Source of the DNA: Candidatus Delongbacteria bacterium
GTDB taxonomy: Bacteria; UBA4055
Length of the DNA stretch: 64,000 nt
NCBI GenBank assembly: GCA_003252515.1
Contig: QKDR01000159.1
Span: 4,811-68,810, forward strand
Direction of reading: 5' to 3'
The translations under genes were made by a program, and so were the position numbers. The notes under the pieces were generated by a model. The model worked only from the letters and a program-made list of their open reading frames with translations. It searched no databases and was not told the DNA's origin. Below, in pieces: positions 59,320 to 64,000 of this stretch (within the stretch, counting starts at the first letter, position 1; the number at the start of each line of letters is the position of its first letter).

Positions 59320-59901
59320 TTCCTACCTCCCTGTTTTAGTACTTCACTTCGTTAATTTATATACAAAAATCCCGGGTAAACTAGAACTCCCGAAGGTTTT
59401 TCGGGTTGAGTTTGTGCGTAACCGGTATTCTGGCTGTAATTTTTGTACCGTAAATATAGTCATTTGTGAAAAATTACGCAAGAGATATTTTAGCCATCTC
59501 AATACAACGATCATAATTGTGATCCTGCCTTAAGTAAAATTAAACTCAGAATGTTAATAATATATTGTTTTGTGGGATTGTAACCGTGCTTTAAAGAATT
59601 TATCACAGAAATTGATTTTCTGCGGAGAGGATGTTTCAGTAAGTCAGTTACAATTTATAATTTTGATCTTTTCATATTGCACTTCCTTATAATGTTAGGC
59701 GTTATACTGCTTATCCTTCCACTTCCTGCCTTTGATCCCCGATCTGTCAATCCGGTCTCGCGGGTGAAGTGCCGCTTTCTTTTTAGAAAGATAAGAGGCG
59801 TTCCGACGAAGAACTATCTATATTAAGTTTCCGCGACCAATATAACTGAAATAAATTAAATTTGCAAGGAGAAATGACAGATTTTTCACTGAATACACCC
59901 A

Positions 59902-59934
59902 CCTTTCCGCTGATTCAAACACACTTTCCGCTGA
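59902..59934 (+). promoter_or_regulatory. Two copies of the direct repeat (c)tttccgctga(W)t, 21 bp apart, upstream of the first DUF1566 gene
   Basis: acctttccgctgattc at 59901-59916 and acactttccgctgaat at 59921-59936. Candidate transcription-factor site at about -90/-55 relative to the ATG at 59991. Confidence 0.3.
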
Positions 59935-59990
59935 ATATATTTTTTAAATGAAATATATATGTGCATATTGGAAGAAAACGGAGGTGCAAA

Positions 59991-61232
59991 ATGAAAAGAA
60001 TCCTGATAAAAACGGTCCTGACGGCAGTGATAATCTCTTGTATCGCCGGACAGCGGATATTATGCTCGACACTTCCAGACACCGGACAGACTCAGTTCTT
60101 CAATAATAATAAAACGATATCAGCCCCTGCCGAAGGATCGGACTTCTACGGACAGGACGCCCAGTACGGAAAAAACAGGATGTTGTATACCGATAATGGG
60201 AACGGTACGGTGACCGATAAGATCACGGGCCTGATGTGGACAAAGTCTCCCGACCTGAACGGCGACGGAAAGATCGATTACAGCGACAAACTCACTTACA
60301 GCGAAGCTGTTGAATATGTAAAGACCGTGAGTATCGGCGGATATACCGACTGGCGGCTGGCTACGATCAAAGAATTATATTCATTAATAGATTTTGACGG
60401 TGTTGATATAAGCGGTAGAATTCGTTCTAAAAACGGACTGAAACCGTTCATCGATACGGATTATTTCGATTTCGGGTACGGGGACGAAAACGCCGGAGAA
60501 AGAGCGATAGACGCTCAGTTCGTCACATCTACATTATATGTAAGTACTACAATAAACAATGATCCCACTATGTTCGGAGTGAATTTCGCGGACGGGAGGA
60601 TCAAAGGTTATCCCTACGGGCCGACCCCTCATCAGCCTGGCGGGAAAAAATTCTACGCTTATTTTGTCAGAGGCGGCGAAAGTTACGGTAAGAACGAGTT
60701 CAGTGATAACGGCAACGGTACTGTAACAGATTCGTCTACAGGTCTGATGTGGGCGCAGAACGACAGCGGAAAAGGAATGAACTGGAAGGACGCTCTTGCT
60801 TATGCCGAAGGATCTGAATTAGCGGGATATACGGACTGGAGACTCCCGAACATCAAGGAACTTCAGAGCATTGTCGACTATACAAGATCTCCCGCGACGA
60901 CAGGTTCCCCAGCCATAGATCCTGTTTTCAGCTGCACCGCCATAAAAGATGAGGACGGCGAGAATAATTACGCGTTCTACTGGAGCTCGACGACACATAT
61001 CAGCCAGCTGAGCGGTGAATACGCATGCTACATTGCGTTCGGGAAAGCACTGGGCTACATGGAGATGCCGCCGATGTCCGGCAGGAGGAACCTTATGGAT
61101 GTTCACGGCGCCGGCGCTCAGAGAAGCGATCCGAAGACTGGTGACGCATCGGATTATCCGTACGGACACGGTCCTCAGGGGGATGTCATAAGGATAAACA
61201 ATATGGTGAGATTAGTCAGAGATACAAAATAA
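59991..61232 (+). CDS. DUF1566 / Fib_succ_major (Lcl C-terminal-like) domain lipoprotein
   Basis: Start at the second Met (RBS GGAGG). Lipobox IISC|IAG. Conserved GYTDWRLATIKELYSL and TGLMW motifs. Two DUF1566 units. Confidence 0.65.
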   Translation: MKRILIKTVLTAVIISCIAGQRILCSTLPDTGQTQFFNNNKTISAPAEGSDFYGQDAQYGKNRMLYTDNGNGTVTDKITGLMWTKSPDLNGDGKIDYSDKLTYSEAVEYVKTVSIGGYTDWRLATIKELYSLIDFDGVDISGRIRSKNGLKPFIDTDYFDFGYGDENAGERAIDAQFVTSTLYVSTTINNDPTMFGVNFADGRIKGYPYGPTPHQPGGKKFYAYFVRGGESYGKNEFSDNGNGTVTDSSTGLMWAQNDSGKGMNWKDALAYAEGSELAGYTDWRLPNIKELQSIVDYTRSPATTGSPAIDPVFSCTAIKDEDGENNYAFYWSSTTHISQLSGEYACYIAFGKALGYMEMPPMSGRRNLMDVHGAGAQRSDPKTGDASDYPYGHGPQGDVIRINNMVRLVRDTK

Positions 61233-61333
61233 ATAAAGTTCTTAAGTAACAGTTCCTGCAATGGAGGGATGCTCCGGAATTCCTCCCTGCTTTAATTTTA
61301 AATTGATTGAAATAATTAGCATAAGGTATAATT

Positions 61334-62572
61334 ATGAAGATAATGAATTTAATCACGGCAGGCTTACTAATACTTATGTTAGTCTCTTGTGACGAAGATA
61401 ATGATACTAAAACAGATAATTTGCCCGATATTACTGATTATCCGATCGTAACTACCGGTCAGACCTCTTTTTTTAACAACACGGGTGAAATATCAGAACA
61501 GGATTCAGGTGATGCGTTTTATGGACAGGACGCAAATTATAAAGCCGGAAGTACACCATCCTATACAGATAACGGCGACGGCACTATAACCGATAATGTA
61601 ACCGGTCTGATGTGGGAAAAAAGCTATTCAAGAAGCAGTTACGGCAACGCGGAATCTCATGCTTCAGCTTCCACTACCGGAGGGCATACCGACTGGAGAG
61701 TGCCGACAACCAAACAACTGTATTCTTTAATTAATTTTACAGGTAATCAGGGTACAGGTGATCCGAACTCGGTATATCCGCCTGCAGATGCTGTCCCTTT
61801 CATTAATACCGATTATTTTGAATTCGACTATCCCAATGATCCTTCCCGCAGGTATATTGATGTTCAGTATATTGCTTCAACTGAATATGTAGCTACAGTT
61901 ATGAACAGTGAAGAAGCTTTTTTCGGGGTGAATTTTGCTGACGGAAGGATCAAAGGCTATCCGCAGGACCCGATCAGAGATGACTGGTATATCAGACTGG
62001 TCAGAGGAAATACAACTTATGGTCAGAATCAGTTTGTTGATAATAATGATAATACTGTCACTGATGAAGCAACAGGATTAATGTGGACAAAGTTTGACAG
62101 CGGAAATGAAGAATTCGCAGACCTTTTATCAGGCTTTACATACAGTGACGGATCGTTAAACTGGGAGGAGGCGCTGGAGTTTGCTGAAAATCTTGAGTTC
62201 GCAGGTCATTCCGACTGGCGTTTACCCAATGTAAAAGAATTACATAGTATTGTTGATTATACACGGGCACCCGATGCAACCGGTTCAGCCGCAATTAACA
62301 ATCTGTTCGAAACTACCCAGATAATCAATGAAGCAGGTAATACCGATTATCCTTTTTTCTGGTCCTCTACAACTTTTGAGCCGGGATATGATGCCTGTAT
62401 TGTTCAATTCGGCAGGTCTTTGGGTTATATTGACGGTGTATTCTTAGATGTTCATGGAGCTGGCGGACAGCGAACCGACCCGAAAACCGGAGACCCGTCT
62501 TATGGTATGGGGCCGCAGGGTGATGTAAGAAGAGTATATAATTATGTCAGATTAGTAAGAAATGTTAATTAA
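61334..62572 (+). CDS. DUF1566 / Fib_succ_major domain lipoprotein (tandem paralog)
   Basis: Lipobox LVSC|DED. Same motif set (TDWRVPTTKQLYSL, TGLMWEK, FGVNFADGRIKGYP, RLVR). Confidence 0.65.
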   Translation: MKIMNLITAGLLILMLVSCDEDNDTKTDNLPDITDYPIVTTGQTSFFNNTGEISEQDSGDAFYGQDANYKAGSTPSYTDNGDGTITDNVTGLMWEKSYSRSSYGNAESHASASTTGGHTDWRVPTTKQLYSLINFTGNQGTGDPNSVYPPADAVPFINTDYFEFDYPNDPSRRYIDVQYIASTEYVATVMNSEEAFFGVNFADGRIKGYPQDPIRDDWYIRLVRGNTTYGQNQFVDNNDNTVTDEATGLMWTKFDSGNEEFADLLSGFTYSDGSLNWEEALEFAENLEFAGHSDWRLPNVKELHSIVDYTRAPDATGSAAINNLFETTQIINEAGNTDYPFFWSSTTFEPGYDACIVQFGRSLGYIDGVFLDVHGAGGQRTDPKTGDPSYGMGPQGDVRRVYNYVRLVRNVN

Positions 62573-62587
62573 CCTTATTGGACTAAA

Positions 62588-63043
62588 ATGATGTGGAAAT
62601 ATTTAAAAATAATAATAATCTCTATCTTTTTTATCTCTATTTTTTCATGTGACAAAAATTCAGGTATTGAAACAGATGGACCGGGGGAACTTACCGACGG
62701 TTATGTATTGTATTCATTCATGGGAAATAAATCTACCAGTCTGATAGATACTGCCGGGAATATCCTGGTTTTTAATAATAATGCAGGCAATAATACATCT
62801 GAAGTTCTGGAAATTAATTCTTCAGATGAAGTGGTTTGGCAGTACTCCGACGATTTTTATTCAACTAAGATATCCGGAGCCCAACGTCTTGAATCCGGGA
62901 ACACTATAATTTGCTCAGGAGATGAAGCCCGTTTTATTGAAGTAACAAATTCAGGAGAGAAAGTTTGGGATCACACACCTGGGAATCCGGATCCGACTCA
63001 TCCGGGTTCAATTTTTAAAATTCGCAAATATATTGAATATTAA
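62588..63043 (+). CDS. Small lipoprotein, function unknown
   Basis: Lipobox IFSC|DKN. 151 aa. Confidence 0.4.
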   Translation: MMWKYLKIIIISIFFISIFSCDKNSGIETDGPGELTDGYVLYSFMGNKSTSLIDTAGNILVFNNNAGNNTSEVLEINSSDEVVWQYSDDFYSTKISGAQRLESGNTIICSGDEARFIEVTNSGEKVWDHTPGNPDPTHPGSIFKIRKYIEY

Positions 63044-63148
63044 ACAAAATTAAAAAATGGAACATACAACAGTAGAAAACGGTGCTCAGCAGTGAGTTGA
63101 CTTCACTCAAAAAGCTTTCTTGATATAACGAACGGAATGTGATATATT

Positions 63149-64000
63149 ATGTCTGATATGATAATGAAACTGATAAATAAGAACCTGCAAAATTCGATCT
63201 ATGTTATATTCTGGATAGTAATTTTCTCTGTTCCGTTCATTTTATCATTCGGGGAAAATCATTTTACATGGATGAGAATTTTCCATGAATCGTTCAGAAT
63301 ATTCCCTTTTTTCATCGTATTCTGGATAAACAATCTTTTCCTATTTGATATATACAGCAGGAAAAAATACACCCGCTATGCTTTTTTGATCTTATTAACA
63401 GTTAGCATCATCAGTGTTTTAAACAGCTTAAAACATGAACTTTTTCTAGCGACGGGCATACCGCTCCCTCCGGCAGGTATTGCCGGTCAGGATATCAACG
63501 GAGGACCCAGCGCATTCGGCATACTGACCGAATTCGTTTACACATTCCTGATCTCGTTCCTGTTCGTCGGAGTTAACAATTCAGTAAAAGTCACTTTTAA
63601 TCTCCTTGAAGAGAAAAAGAACCGCGAGGAAGCTGAACATAATAAGACGACCGCAGAACTTGCATTCCTCCAGCACCAGGTAAATCCTCATTTTTTTATG
63701 AACACTCTTAATAATATACTCGCTCTCGTAGATTTCGATAAAGAAAAGGCGAAAGACTCTTTGATCAAACTTTCAAAACTGATGAGGGTTATGCTGTATG
63801 AAAAAGAAAAGGAAGGTTACTCTCTCAATAAAGAGATCGGTTTTATAAATGATTATATAGACCTTATGAAGATCAGAACAAAAGAAACCACGGACATAAC
63901 TTTTGAATATCCGAAAGCGGGAACTGATATCAAACTCGAACCTTTCCTTTTCATAAACTTCATTGAAAATGCTTTCAAGCACGGCATCAAGGCGACAGGG
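63149..64000 (+). CDS. LytS/YehU-type sensor histidine kinase (His_kinase PF06580), 3' end beyond the window
   Basis: Several N-terminal TM helices, then the LytS-type H-box region FLQHQVNPHFFMNTLNNI. The ORF is open to the window end. Confidence 0.7.
   Translation, partial: MSDMIMKLINKNLQNSIYVIFWIVIFSVPFILSFGENHFTWMRIFHESFRIFPFFIVFWINNLFLFDIYSRKKYTRYAFLILLTVSIISVLNSLKHELFLATGIPLPPAGIAGQDINGGPSAFGILTEFVYTFLISFLFVGVNNSVKVTFNLLEEKKNREEAEHNKTTAELAFLQHQVNPHFFMNTLNNILALVDFDKEKAKDSLIKLSKLMRVMLYEKEKEGYSLNKEIGFINDYIDLMKIRTKETTDITFEYPKAGTDIKLEPFLFINFIENAFKHGIKATG

Noticed and set aside
59320-59990. Possible tmRNA, RNase P RNA or SRP RNA in the long non-coding gap
   Set aside because: Only superficial matches by eye (cgacgaagaactatc versus the tmRNA tag region, gggtgaag versus the RNase P GGGUGAAA). 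The conserved flanking elements of those RNAs are absent.

Overview
This is a 64 kb chromosomal window from an AT-rich (about 40% GC) diderm bacterium. BamA/TamB homologues, many lipobox lipoproteins, frequent TTG/GTG starts and Fib_succ_major/DUF1566 paralogs point to an uncultured Fibrobacterota-like or candidate-phylum lineage. That lineage assignment is inference only. The backbone is densely packed housekeeping genes: rsmD, an HDOD-GGDEF gene, trkA-trkH, a ZIP transporter, tpx, fba, frr, argS, a CaCA antiporter, a BamA/TamA-like plus TamB-like pair, and a CPA2 antiporter fused to EIIA. Interspersed are large secreted or lipoprotein genes, including an endonuclease-I/Calx-beta nuclease, Ig-like and beta-propeller proteins, and DUF1566 paralogs, plus signalling genes (an STPK-AAA-TPR giant protein, a Cys-rich sensor, a LytS-type kinase). 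The standout is a single-gene, lower-GC island at about 9.0-11.4 kb. It encodes a soluble KAP-family P-loop NTPase fused to a C-terminal TIR domain, inserted between two co-directional glycosyltransferase genes (GT-C and GT2) and flanked by unusually long non-coding arms that carry repeat and hairpin elements. This is a strong candidate for a horizontally acquired NAD+-depleting anti-phage (abortive-infection) module. I found no CRISPR array, tRNA, rRNA, transposase or integrase. All calls rest on reading motifs by eye in the supplied translations, and no database searches were run.
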